This document shows positions 35,096-48,000 of a DNA stretch of 64,000 bases, in pieces. Origin of the DNA: the human T2T-CHM13v2.0 reference genome, Homo sapiens; NCBI RefSeq assembly GCF_009914755.1, contig NC_060943.1; one strand, 5' to 3'. Both the position numbers and the translations under genes were made by a program. The first letter of the stretch is position 1, and every line of letters starts with the position of its first letter. The notes beneath the pieces are model-generated. The model did no database searches and was not told the DNA's origin. It saw only the letters and a program-made list of their open reading frames with translations.

Positions 35096-37309
35096 TCACA
35101 TTAAACTAGACAGCAGCATTCTCAGAAACTTCTTTAGGATGTTTGCAGTAAACTCACAGAGTTGAACATACCTTTCCGTAAAGCAGTTTTGAAACCCTCT
35201 GTTTGTGGGATCTGCAAGTGGATATTTGGACCGCTTTGAGACCTTTGCTGGAAATGGGAATATCTTCACATATAAACTAGACAGAAGCATTCTCAGAAAC
35301 TTCTTCGTGATGTGTGCATTCTACTCCCAAATTTGAATCTTCCTTTTCATGAAGCAGTTTTGAAACACTCTATTTGTGCATTCTACAATTGGATGATTGG
35401 AACACTATGATGCCCATGGTAGAAAAGGAAATATCCTCATATAAAAACTAGACAGAAGGACTCACAGAAAATGCTTTGTGATGTGTGCATTCAAATCACG
35501 GAGTTGAATCTTTCTTTTGTTAGAGCAGTTTTGAAACACTGTTTCTGTGGAATCTGCCAGCGGACACTTGGAGCGCTTTGAGGGCTACAGTGGAGAAGGA
35601 AATATCTTCACATAAAAACTAGAAAGAAGCATTCTCAGAAACATTTATGTGAAGCGCGCATTCAACTCACAGAGTTGAACCTTCCTTTTGATAGAACAGT
35701 TTTGAAACACTCTTTTGAACAATTGCAGGTGAATCTTTGGAGCGCTTTGAAGCCTTTGTTGGAAATGGGAATATCTTCACACACAAACTAGCCAGAAGCA
35801 TTCTCAGAAACTTCTTTGTGATGTGTGCGTTGAACCCAGAGAGATGAACCTTTCCTTTGATAGAGCAGTTTTGAAACGTGTTTTTGTAAGATCTGCAAGC
35901 GGATAATTGGCTTCGCTTTGTGTCCTTTGGTGGAAACGGGAATATCTTCTAATAAAAACTAGACAGAGATATTCTCAGAAACTTCTTTGTGATGTGGGCA
36001 TTCAACTAACACAGTTGAACATTTCTTTTCACAGAGCAGTTTTGAAACACTCTTTTGGTCGAATCTGCCAGTGGATATTTGGAGCGCTTTGAGGGCTATT
36101 GTGCCAATGGAAATATCTGCCCCTAAAAACTAGACAGAAGCATTCTCAGAAACTGCTTTGTGATGTTTGCATTCAACTCACAGAGTTGAACATACCTTTT
36201 CATAGAGCAGTTTTGAAAACCTCTTTTTGTAGAATCTGCAAGAGGATATTCGGACCACTTTGAGGCCTTCATAGGAAACAGTAATATCTTCACATAAAAA
36301 CTGGATGGAAGCATTGTCAGAAAGTTCTTTGTGATGTGTGAATTCAACTCACAGAGTTGAACCTTCCTTTAATAGAGCAGTTTTGAAACACTCTTTTTCT
36401 AGAATCTGCAAGTAGATTTTTGGAGCGCTTTGAGGCCTTCTTTGGAAACCGGAATATCTTCACATAAAAAGTAGATAGAGGCATGCTCAGAAACTTTTTT
36501 GTCATATGTAGATTCAACTCACAGCGTTGAACCTTTCTTTTGATAGAGCAGTTTTGAAAAACTCTTTTATCGAATCTGCAAGTAGACATTTGGAGTGCTT
36601 TGAGGGCTCTGGTGCAAAAGGAAATGTCTTCCCATAGAAACTAGACTGAATCATTCTCAGCAACTTCTTGGTGACGTTTGCATTCATCTCACAGTGTTGA
36701 ACATACCTTTGCATAGAGTAGTTTCGAAACACTATTTTTGTAGAATCTGCAAGTGGACATTCGGACTGCTTTGAGGCCTTCATCGGAAACGGGAATATCT
36801 TCACATAAACACTAGACAGAAGCATTCTCAGAAACTTCTTTGTGATCTGTCCATTCAACTCAGAGAGTTGAACCTTCCTTTTTATGGAGCAGTTTTGAAA
36901 CACTGTTTGTGGAGAATCTGCAAGTGGATATTTGGAGCGCCTTGAGGCCAATGGTAGAAAAAGAAATATCTGCCTCTAAATACTAGACTGAAGCATTCTG
37001 AGAAACTTCTTTGTGATGTTTGCATTCAACTACCAGAGTTGAACCTTCCTTTTGATAGGGCAGTTTGGAAACACTCTTTTTGTAGAATCTGCATGTGGAT
37101 ATCTGGAGCGATTTGAGGCCTACGGTCAAAAAGGAAATATCTTCCTGGGAAAAATAGACGAAAGCATTCTCAGAAACTGCTTTGTGATATGTGCATTCGA
37201 CTCTCCGAGTTGAAACTTTTTTTTGATAGAGCAGTTTTGAAACACTCTGTAGAATCTGAAAGTGGATATTTGGAGCTCTTCGAGGGCTATGGCGGAAAAG
37301 AAAATATAT

Positions 37310-39012
37310 TCACATTAAACTAGACAGCAGCATTCTCAGAGACTTCTTTAGGATGTTTGCAGTAAACTCACAGAGTTGAACATACCTTTCCGTAAAGCAG
37401 TTTTGAAACCTTCTGTTTGTGGGATCTGCAAGTGGATATTTGGACCGCTTTGAGACCTTTGCTGGAAATGGGAATATCTTCACATATAAACTAGACAGAA
37501 GCATTCTCAGAAACTTCTTTGTGATGTGTGCGTTGAACCCAGAGAGATGAACCTTTCCTTTGATAGAGCAGTTTTGAAACGTGTTTTTGTAAGATCTGCA
37601 AGCGGATAATTGGCTTCGCTTTGTGTCCTTTGGTGGAAACGGGAATATCTTCTAATAAAAACTAGACAGAGATATTCTCAGAAACTTCTTTGTGATGTGG
37701 GCATTCAACTAACACAGTTGAACATTTCTTTTCACAGAGCAGTTTTGAAACACTCTTTTGGTCGAATCTGCCAGTGGATATTTGGAGCGCTTTGAGGGCT
37801 ATTGTGCCAATGGAAATATCTGCCCCTAAAAACTAGACAGAAGCATTCTCAGAAACTGCTTTGTGATGTTTGCATTCAACTCACAGAGTTGAACATACCT
37901 TTTCATAGAGCAGTTTTGAAAACCTCTTTTTGTAGAATCTGCAAGAGGATATTCGGACCACTTTGAGGCCTTCATAGGAAACAGTAATATCTTCACATAA
38001 AAACTAGATAGAAGCATTGTCAGAAAGTTCTTTGTGATGTGTGAATTCAACTCACAGAGTTGAACCTTCCTTTAATAGAGCAGTTTTGAAACACTCTTTT
38101 TCTAGAATCTGCAAGTAGATATTTGGAGCGCTTTGAGGCCTTCTTTGGAAACCGGAATATCTTCACATAAAAAGTAGATAGAGGCATGCTCAGAAACTTT
38201 TTTGTCATATGTAGATTCAACTCACAGCGTTGAACCTTTCTTTTGATAGAGCAGTTTTGAAAAACTCTTTTATCGAATCTGCAAGTAGACATTTGGAGTG
38301 CTTTGAGGGCTCTGGTGCAAAAGGAAATGTCTTCCCATAGAAACTAGACTGAATCATTCTCAGCAACTTCTTGGTGACGTTTGCATTCATCTCACAGTGT
38401 TGAACATACCTTTGCATAGAGTAGTTTCGAAACACTATTTTTGTAGAATCTGCAAGTGGACATTTGGACTGCTTTGAGGCCTTCATCGGAAACGGGAATA
38501 TCTTCACATAAACACTAGACAGAAGCATTCTCAGAAACTTCTTTGTGATCTGTCCGTTCAACTCACAGAGTTGAACCTTCCTTTTTATGGAGCAGTTTTG
38601 AAACACTGTTTGTGGAGAATCTGCAAGTGGATATTTGGAGCGCCTTGAGGCCAATGGTAGAAAAAGAAATATCTGCCTCTAAATACTAGACTGAAGCATT
38701 CTGAGAAACTTCTTTGTGATGTTTGCATTCAACTACCAGAGTTGAACCTTCCTTTTGATAGGGCAGTTTGGAAACACTCTTTTTGTAGAATCTGCATGTG
38801 GATATCTGGAGCGATTTGAGGCCTACGGTCAAAAAGGAAATATCTTCCTGGGAAAAATAGACGAAAGCATTCTCAGAAACTGCTTTGTGATATGTGCATT
38901 CGACTCTCCGAGTTGAAACTTTTTTTTGATAGAGCAGTTTTGAAACACTCTGTAGAATCTGAAAGTGGATATTTGGAGCTCTTCGAGGGCTATGGCGGAA
39001 AAGAAAATATAT
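37310..39012 (+). repeat. 10-mer variant of the 13-mer
   Basis: Spacing 37310>39013 is 1703. Junction at 37496-37519. Confidence 0.92.
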
Positions 39013-42000
39013 TCACATTAAACTAGACAGCAGCATTCTCAGAGACTTCTTTAGGATGTTTGCAGTAAACTCACAGAGTTGAACATACCTTTCCGTAAAG
39101 CAGTTTTGAAACCCTCTGTTTGTGGGATCTGCAAGTGGATATTTGGACCGCTTTGAGACCTTTGCTGGAAATGGGAATATCTTCACATATAAACTAGACA
39201 GAAGCATTCTCAGAAACTTCTTCGTGATGTGTGCATTCTACTCCCAAATTTGAATCTTCCTTTTCATGAAGCAGTTTTGAAACACTCTATTTGTGCATTC
39301 TACAATTGGATGATTGGAACGCTTTGATGTCCATGGTAGAAAAGGAAATATCCTCATATAAAAACTAGACAGAAGGATTCACAGAAAATGCTTTGTGATG
39401 TGTGCATTCAAATCACGGAGTTGAATCTTTCTTTTGTTAGAGCAGATTTGAAAGACTGTTTCTGTGGAATCTGCCAGCGGACACTTGGAGCGCTTTGAGG
39501 GCTACGGTGGAGAAGGAAATATCTTCACATAAAAACTAGAAAGAAGCATTGTCAGAAACATTTATGTGAAGCGTGCATTCAACTCACAGAGTTGAACCTT
39601 CCATTTGATAGAACAGTTTTGAAACACTCTTTTGAACAATTGCAGGTGAATCTTTGGAGCGCTTTGAAGCCTTTGTTGGAAATGGGAATATCTTCACACA
39701 CAAACTAGCCAGAAGCATTCTCAGAAACTTCTTTGTGATGTGTGCGTTGAACCCAGAGAGATGAACCTTTCCTTTGATAGAGCAGTTTTGAAACGTGTTT
39801 TTGTAAGATCTGCAAGCGGATAATTGGCTTCGCTTTGTGTCCTTTGGTGGAAACGGGAATATCTTCTAATAAAAACTAGACAGAGATATTCTCAGAAACT
39901 TCTTTGTGATGTGGGCATTCAACTGACACAGTTGAACATTTCTTTTCACAGAGCAGTTTTGAAACACTCTTTTGGTCGAATCTGCCAGTGGATATTTGGA
40001 GCGCTTTGAGGGCTATTGTGCCAATGGAAATATCTGCCCCTAAAAACTAGACAGAAGCATTCTCAGAAACTGCTTTGTGATGTTTGCATTCAACTCACAG
40101 AGTTGAACATACCTTTTCATAGAGCAGTTTTGAAAACCTCTTTTTGTAGAATCTGCAAGAGGATATTCGGACCACTTTGAGGCCTTCATAGGAAACAGTA
40201 ATATCTTCACATAAAAACTAGATAGAAGCATTGTCAGAAAGTTCTTTGTGATGTGTGAATTCAACTCACAGAGTTGAACCTTCCTTTAATAGAGCAGTTT
40301 TGAAACACTCTTTTTCTAGAATCTGCAAGTAGATATTTGGAGCGCTTTGAGGCCTTCTTTGGAAACCGGAATATCTTCACATAAAAAGTAGATAGAGGCA
40401 TGCTCAGAAACTTTTTTGTCATATGTAGATTCAACTCACAGCGTTGAACCTTTCTTTTGATAGAGCAGTTTCGAAAAACTCTTTTATCGAATCTGCAAGT
40501 AGACATTTGGAGTGCTTTGAGGGCTCTGGTGCAAAAGGAAATGTCTTCCCATAGAAACTAGACTGAATCATTCTCAGCAACTTCTTGGTGACGTTTGCAT
40601 TCATCTCACAGTGTTGAACATACCTTTGCATAGAGTAGTTTCGAAACACTATTTTTGTAGAATCTGCAAGTGGACATTTGGACTGCTTTGAGGCCTTCAT
40701 CGGAAACGGGAATATCTTCACATAAACACTAGACAGAAGCATTCTCAGAAACTTCTTTGTGATCTGTCCATTCAACTCACAGAGTTGAACCTTCCTTTTT
40801 ATGGAGCAGTTTTGAAACACTGTTTGTGAAGAATCTGCAAGTGGATATTTGCAGCGCCTTGAGGCCAATGGTAGAAAAAGAAATATCTGCCTCTAAATAC
40901 TAGACTGAAGCATTCTGAGAAACTTCTTTGTGATGTTTGCTTTCAGCTACCAGAGTTGAACCTTCCTTTTGATAGGGCAGTTTGGAAACACTCTTTTTGT
41001 AGAATCTGCATGTGGATATCTGGAGCGATTTGAGGCCTACGGTCAAAAAGGAAATATCTTCCTGGGAAAAATAGACGAAAGCATTCTCAGAAACTGCTTT
41101 GTGATATGTGCATTCGACTCTCCGAGTTGAAACTTTTTTTTGATAGAGCAGTTTTGAAACACTCTGTAGAATCTGAAAGTGGATATTTGGAGCTCTTCGA
41201 GGGCTATGGCGGAAAAGAAAATATATTCACATTAAACTAGACAGCAGCATTCTCAGAGACTTCTTTAGGATGTTTGCAGTAAACTCACAGAGTTGAACAT
41301 ACCTTTCCGTAAAGCAGTTTTGAAACCCTCTGTTTGTGGGATCTGCAAGTGGATATTTGGACCGCTTTGAGACCTTTGCTGGAAATGGGAATATCTTCAC
41401 ATATAAACTAGACAGAAGCATTCTCAGAAACTTCTTCGTGATGTGTGCATTCTACTCCCAAATTTGAATCTTCCTTTTCATGAAGCAGTTTTGAAACACT
41501 CTATTTGTGCATTCTACAATTGGATGATTGGAACGCTTTGATGTCCATGGTAGAAAAGGAAATATCCTCATATAAAAACTAGACAGAAGGATTCACAGAA
41601 AATGCTTTGTGATGTGTGCATTCAAATCACGGAGTTGAATCTTTCTTTTGTTAGAGCAGATTTGAAAGACTGTTTCTGTGGAATCTGCCAGCGGACACTT
41701 GGAGCGCTTTGAGGGCTACGGTGGAGAAGGAAATATCTTCACATAAAAACTAGAAAGAAGCATTGTCAGAAACATTTATGTGAAGCGTGCATTCAACTCA
41801 CAGAGTTGAACCTTCCATTTGATAGAACAGTTTTGAAACACTCTTTTGAACAATTGCAGGTGAATCTTTGGAGCGCTTTGAAGCCTTTGTTGGAAATGGG
41901 AATATCTTCACACACAAACTAGCCAGAAGCATTCTCAGAAACTTCTTTGTGATGTGTGCGTTGAACCCAGAGAGATGAACCTTTCCTTTGATAGAGCAGT

Positions 42001-45000
42001 TTTGAAACGTGTTTTTGTAAGATCTGCAAGCGGATAATTGGCTTCGCTTTGTGTCCTTTGGTGGAAACGGGAATATCTTCTAATAAAAACTAGACAGAGA
42101 TATTCTCAGAAACTTCTTTGTGATGTGGGCATTCAACTGACACAGTTGAACATTTCTTTTCACAGAGCAGTTTTGAAACACTCTTTTGGTCGAATCTGCC
42201 AGTGGATATTTGGAGCGCTTTGAGGGCTATTGTGCCAATGGAAATATCTGCCCCTAAAAACTAGACAGAAGCATTCTCAGAAACTGCTTTGTGATGTTTG
42301 CATTCAACTCACAGAGTTGAACATACCTTTTCATAGAGCAGTTTTGAAAACCTCTTTTTGTAGAATCTGCAAGAGGATATTCGGACCACTTTGAGGCCTT
42401 CATAGGAAACAGTAATATCTTCACATAAAAACTAGATAGAAGCATTGTCAGAAAGTTCTTTGTGATGTGTGAATTCAACTCACAGAGTTGAACCTTCCTT
42501 TAATAGAGCAGTTTTGAAACACTCTTTTTCTAGAATCTGCAAGTAGATATTTGGAGCGCTTTGAGGCCTTCTTTGGAAACCGGAATATCTTCACATAAAA
42601 AGTAGATAGAGGCATGCTCAGAAACTTTTTTGTCATATGTAGATTCAACTCACAGCGTTGAACCTTTCTTTTGATAGAGCAGTTTCGAAAAACTCTTTTA
42701 TCGAATCTGCAAGTAGACATTTGGAGTGCTTTGAGGGCTCTGGTGCAAAAGGAAATGTCTTCCCATAGAAACTAGACTGAATCATTCTCAGCAACTTCTT
42801 GGTGACGTTTGCATTCATCTCACAGTGTTGAACATACCTTTGCATAGAGTAGTTTCGAAACACTATTTTTGTAGAATCTGCAAGTGGACATTTGGACTGC
42901 TTTGAGGCCTTCATCGGAAACGGGAATATCTTCACATAAACACTAGACAGAAGCATTCTCAGAAACTTCTTTGTGATCTGTCCATTCAACTCACAGAGTT
43001 GAACCTTCCTTTTTATGGAGCAGTTTTGAAACACTGTTTGTGAAGAATCTGCAAGTGGATATTTGCAGCGCCTTGAGGCCAATGGTAGAAAAAGAAATAT
43101 CTGCCTCTAAATACTAGACTGAAGCATTCTGAGAAACTTCTTTGTGATGTTTGCTTTCAGCTACCAGAGTTGAACCTTCCTTTTGATAGGGCAGTTTGGA
43201 AACACTCTTTTTGTAGAATCTGCATGTGGATATCTGGAGCGATTTGAGGCCTACGGTCAAAAAGGAAATATCTTCCTGGGAAAAATAGACGAAAGCATTC
43301 TCAGAAACTGCTTTGTGATATGTGCATTCGACTCTCCGAGTTGAAACTTTTTTTTGATAGAGCAGTTTTGAAACACTCTGTAGAATCTGAAAGTGGATAT
43401 TTGGAGCTCTTCGAGGGCTATGGCGGAAAAGAAAATATATTCACATTAAACTAGACAGCAGCATTCTCAGAGACTTCTTTAGGATGTTTGCAGTAAACTC
43501 ACAGAGTTGAACATACCTTTCCGTAAAGCAGTTTTGAAACCCTCTGTTTGTGGGATCTGCAAGTGGATATTTGGACCGCTTTGAGACCTTTGCTGGAAAT
43601 GGGAATATCTTCACATATAAACTAGACAGAAGCATTCTCAGAAACTTCTTCGTGATGTGTGCATTCTACTCCCAAATTTGAATCTTCCTTTTCATGAAGC
43701 AGTTTTGAAACACTCTATTTGTGCATTCTACAATTGGATGATTGGAACGCTTTGATGTCCATGGTAGAAAAGGAAATATCCTCATATAAAAACTAGACAG
43801 AAGGATTCACAGAAAATGCTTTGTGATGTGTGCATTCAAATCACGGAGTTGAATCTTTCTTTTGTTAGAGCAGATTTGAAAGACTGTTTCTGTGGAATCT
43901 GCCAGCGGACACTTGGAGCGCTTTGAGGGCTACGGTGGAGAAGGAAATATCTTCACATAAAAACTAGAAAGAAGCATTCTCAGAAACATTTATGTGAAGC
44001 GTGCATTCAACTCACAGAGTTGAACCTTCCTTTTGATAGAACAGTTTTGAAACACTGTTTTGAACAATTGCAGGTGAATCTTTGGAGCGCTTTGAAGCCT
44101 TTGTTGGAAATGGGAATATCTTCACACACAAACTAGCCAGAAGCATTCTCAGAAACTTCTTTGTGATGTGTGCGTTGAACCCAGAGAGATGAACCTTTCC
44201 TTTGATAGAGCAGTTTTGAAACGTGTTTTTGTAAGATCTGCAAGCGGATAATTGGCTTCGCTTTGTGTCCTTTGGTGGAAACGGGAATATCTTCTAATAA
44301 AAACTAGACAGAGATATTCTCAGAAACTTCTTTGTGATGTGGGCATTCAACTAACACAGTTGAACATTTCTTTTCACAGAGCAGTTTTGAAACACTCTTT
44401 TGGTCGAATCTGCCAGTGGATATTTGGAGCGCTTTGAGGGCTATTGTGCCAATGGAAATATCTGCCCCTAAAAACTAGACAGAAGCATTCTCAGAAACTG
44501 CTTTGTGATGTTTGCATTCAACTCACAGAGTTGAACATACCTTTTCATAGAGCAGTTTTGAAAACCTCTTTTTGTAGAATCTGCAAGAGGATATTCGGAC
44601 CACTTTGAGGCCTTCATAGGAAACAGTAATATCTTCACGTAAAAATTAGATAGAAGCATTGTCAGAAAGTTCTTTGTGATGTGTGAATTCAACTCACAGA
44701 GTTGAACCTTCCTTTAATAGAGCAGTTTTGAAACACTCTTTTTCTAGAATCTGCAAGTAGATATTTGGAGCCCTTTGAGGCCTTCTTTGGAAACTGGAAT
44801 ATCTTCACATAAAAAGTAGATAGAGGCATGCTCAGAAACTTTTTTGTCATATGTAGATTCAACTCACAGCGTTGAACCTTTCTTTTGATAGAGCAGTTTT
44901 GAAAAACTCTTTTATCGAATCTGCAAGTAGACATTTGGAGTGCTTTGAGGGCTGTGGTGCAAAAGGAAATGTCTTCCCATAGAAACTAGACTGAATCATT

Positions 45001-48000
45001 CTCAGCAACTTCTTGGTGACGTTTGCATTCATCTCACAGTGTTGAACATACCTTTGCATAGAGTAGTTTCGAAACACTATTTTTGTAGAATCTGCAAGTG
45101 GACATTTGGACTGCTTTGAGGCCTTCATCGGAAACGGGAATATCTTCACATAAACACTAGACAGAAGCATTCTCAGAAACTTCTTTGTGATCTGTCCGTT
45201 CAACTCACAGAGTTGAACCTTCCTTTTTATGGAGCAGTTTTGAAACACTGTTTGTGGAGAATCTGCAAGTGGATATTTGGAGCGCCTTGAGGCCAATGGT
45301 AGAAAAAGAAATATCTGCCTCTAAATACTAGACTGAAGCATTCTGAGAAACTTCTTTGTGATGTTTGCATTCAACTACCAGAGTTGAACCTTCCTTTTGA
45401 TAGGGCAGTTTGGAAACACTCTTTTTGTAGAATCTGCATGTGGATATCTGGAGCGATTTGAGGCCTACGGTCAAAAAGGAAATATCTTCCTGGGAAAAAT
45501 AGACGAAAGCATTCTCAGAAACTGCTTTGTGATATGTGCATTCGACTCTCCGAGTTGAAACTTTTTTTTGATAGAGCAGTTTTGAAACACTCTGTAGAAT
45601 CTGAAAGTGGATATTTGGAGCTCTTCGAGGGCTATGGCGGAAAAGAAAATATATTCACATTAAACTAGACAGCAGCATTCTCAGAGACTTCTTTAGGATG
45701 TTTGCAGTAAACTCACAGAGTTGAACATACCTTTCCGTAAAGCAGTTTTGAAACCCTCTGTTTGTGGGATCTGCAAGTGGATATTTGGACCGCTTTGAGA
45801 CCTTTGCTGGAAATGGGAATATCTTCACATATAAACTAGACAGAAGCATTCTCAGAAACTTCTTCGTGATGTGTGCATTCTACTCCCAAATTTGAATCTT
45901 CCTTTTCATGAAGCAGTTTTGAAACACTCTATTTGTGCATTCTACAATTGGATGATTGGAACGCTTTGATGTCCATGGTAGAAAAGGAAATATCCTCATA
46001 TAAAAACTAGACAGAAGGATTCACAGAAAATGCTTTGTGATGTGTGCATTCAAATCACGGAGTTGAATCTTTCTTTTGTTAGAGCAGATTTGAAAGACTG
46101 TTTCTGTGGAATCTGCCAGCGGACACTTGGAGCGCTTTGAGGGCTACGGTGGAGAAGGAAATATCTTCACATAAAAACTAGAAAGAAGCATTGTCAGAAA
46201 CATTTATGTGAAGCGTGCATTCAACTCACAGAGTTGAACCTTCCATTTGATAGAACAGTTTTGAAACACTCTTTTGAACAATTGCAGGTGAATCTTTGGA
46301 GCGCTTTGAAGCCTTTGTTGGAAATGGGAATATCTTCACACACAAACTAGCCAGAAGCATTCTCAGAAACTTCTTTGTGATGTGTGCGTTGAACCCAGAG
46401 AGATGAACCTTTCCTTTGATAGAGCAGTTTTGAAACGTGTTTTTGTAAGATCTGCAAGCGGATAATTGGCTTCGCTTTGTGTCCTTTGGTGGAAACGGGA
46501 ATATCTTCTAATAAAAACTAGACAGAGATATTCTCAGAAACTTCTTTGTGATGTGGGCATTCAACTGACACAGTTGAACATTTCTTTTCACAGAGCAGTT
46601 TTGAAACACTCTTTTGGTCGAATCTGCCAGTGGATATTTGGAGCGCTTTGAGGGCTATTGTGCCAATGGAAATATCTGCCCCTAAAAACTAGACAGAAGC
46701 ATTCTCAGAAACTGCTTTGTGATGTTTGCATTCAACTCACAGAGTTGAACATACCTTTTCATAGAGCAGTTTTGAAAACCTCTTTTTGTAGAATCTGCAA
46801 GAGGATATTCGGACCACTTTGAGGCCTTCATAGGAAACAGTAATATCTTCACATAAAAACTAGATAGAAGCATTGTCAGAAAGTTCTTTGTGATGTGTGA
46901 ATTCAACTCACAGAGTTGAACCTTCCTTTAATAGAGCAGTTTTGAAACACTCTTTTTCTAGAATCTGCAAGTAGATATTTGGAGCGCTTTGAGGCCTTCT
47001 TTGGAAACCGGAATATCTTCACATAAAAAGTAGATAGAGGCATGCTCAGAAACTTTTTTGTCATATGTAGATTCAACTCACAGCGTTGAACCTTTCTTTT
47101 GATAGAGCAGTTTCGAAAAACTCTTTTATCGAATCTGCAAGTAGACATTTGGAGTGCTTTGAGGGCTCTGGTGCAAAAGGAAATGTCTTCCCATAGAAAC
47201 TAGACTGAATCATTCTCAGCAACTTCTTGGTGACGTTTGCATTCATCTCACAGTGTTGAACATACCTTTGCATAGAGTAGTTTCGAAACACTATTTTTGT
47301 AGAATCTGCAAGTGGACATTTGGACTGCTTTGAGGCCTTCATCGGAAACGGGAATATCTTCACATAAACACTAGACAGAAGCATTCTCAGAAACTTCTTT
47401 GTGATCTGTCCATTCAACTCACAGAGTTGAACCTTCCTTTTTATGGAGCAGTTTTGAAACACTGTTTGTGAAGAATCTGCAAGTGGATATTTGCAGCGCC
47501 TTGAGGCCAATGGTAGAAAAAGAAATATCTGCCTCTAAATACTAGACTGAAGCATTCTGAGAAACTTCTTTGTGATGTTTGCTTTCAGCTACCAGAGTTG
47601 AACCTTCCTTTTGATAGGGCAGTTTGGAAACACTCTTTTTGTAGAATCTGCATGTGGATATCTGGAGCGATTTGAGGCCTACGGTCAAAAAGGAAATATC
47701 TTCCTGGGAAAAATAGACGAAAGCATTCTCAGAAACTGCTTTGTGATATGTGCATTCGACTCTCCGAGTTGAAACTTTTTTTTGATAGAGCAGTTTTGAA
47801 ACACTCTGTAGAATCTGAAAGTGGATATTTGGAGCTCTTCGAGGGCTATGGCGGAAAAGAAAATATATTCACATTAAACTAGACAGCAGCATTCTCAGAG
47901 ACTTCTTTAGGATGTTTGCAGTAAACTCACAGAGTTGAACATACCTTTCCGTAAAGCAGTTTTGAAACCCTCTGTTTGTGGGATCTGCAAGTGGATATTT

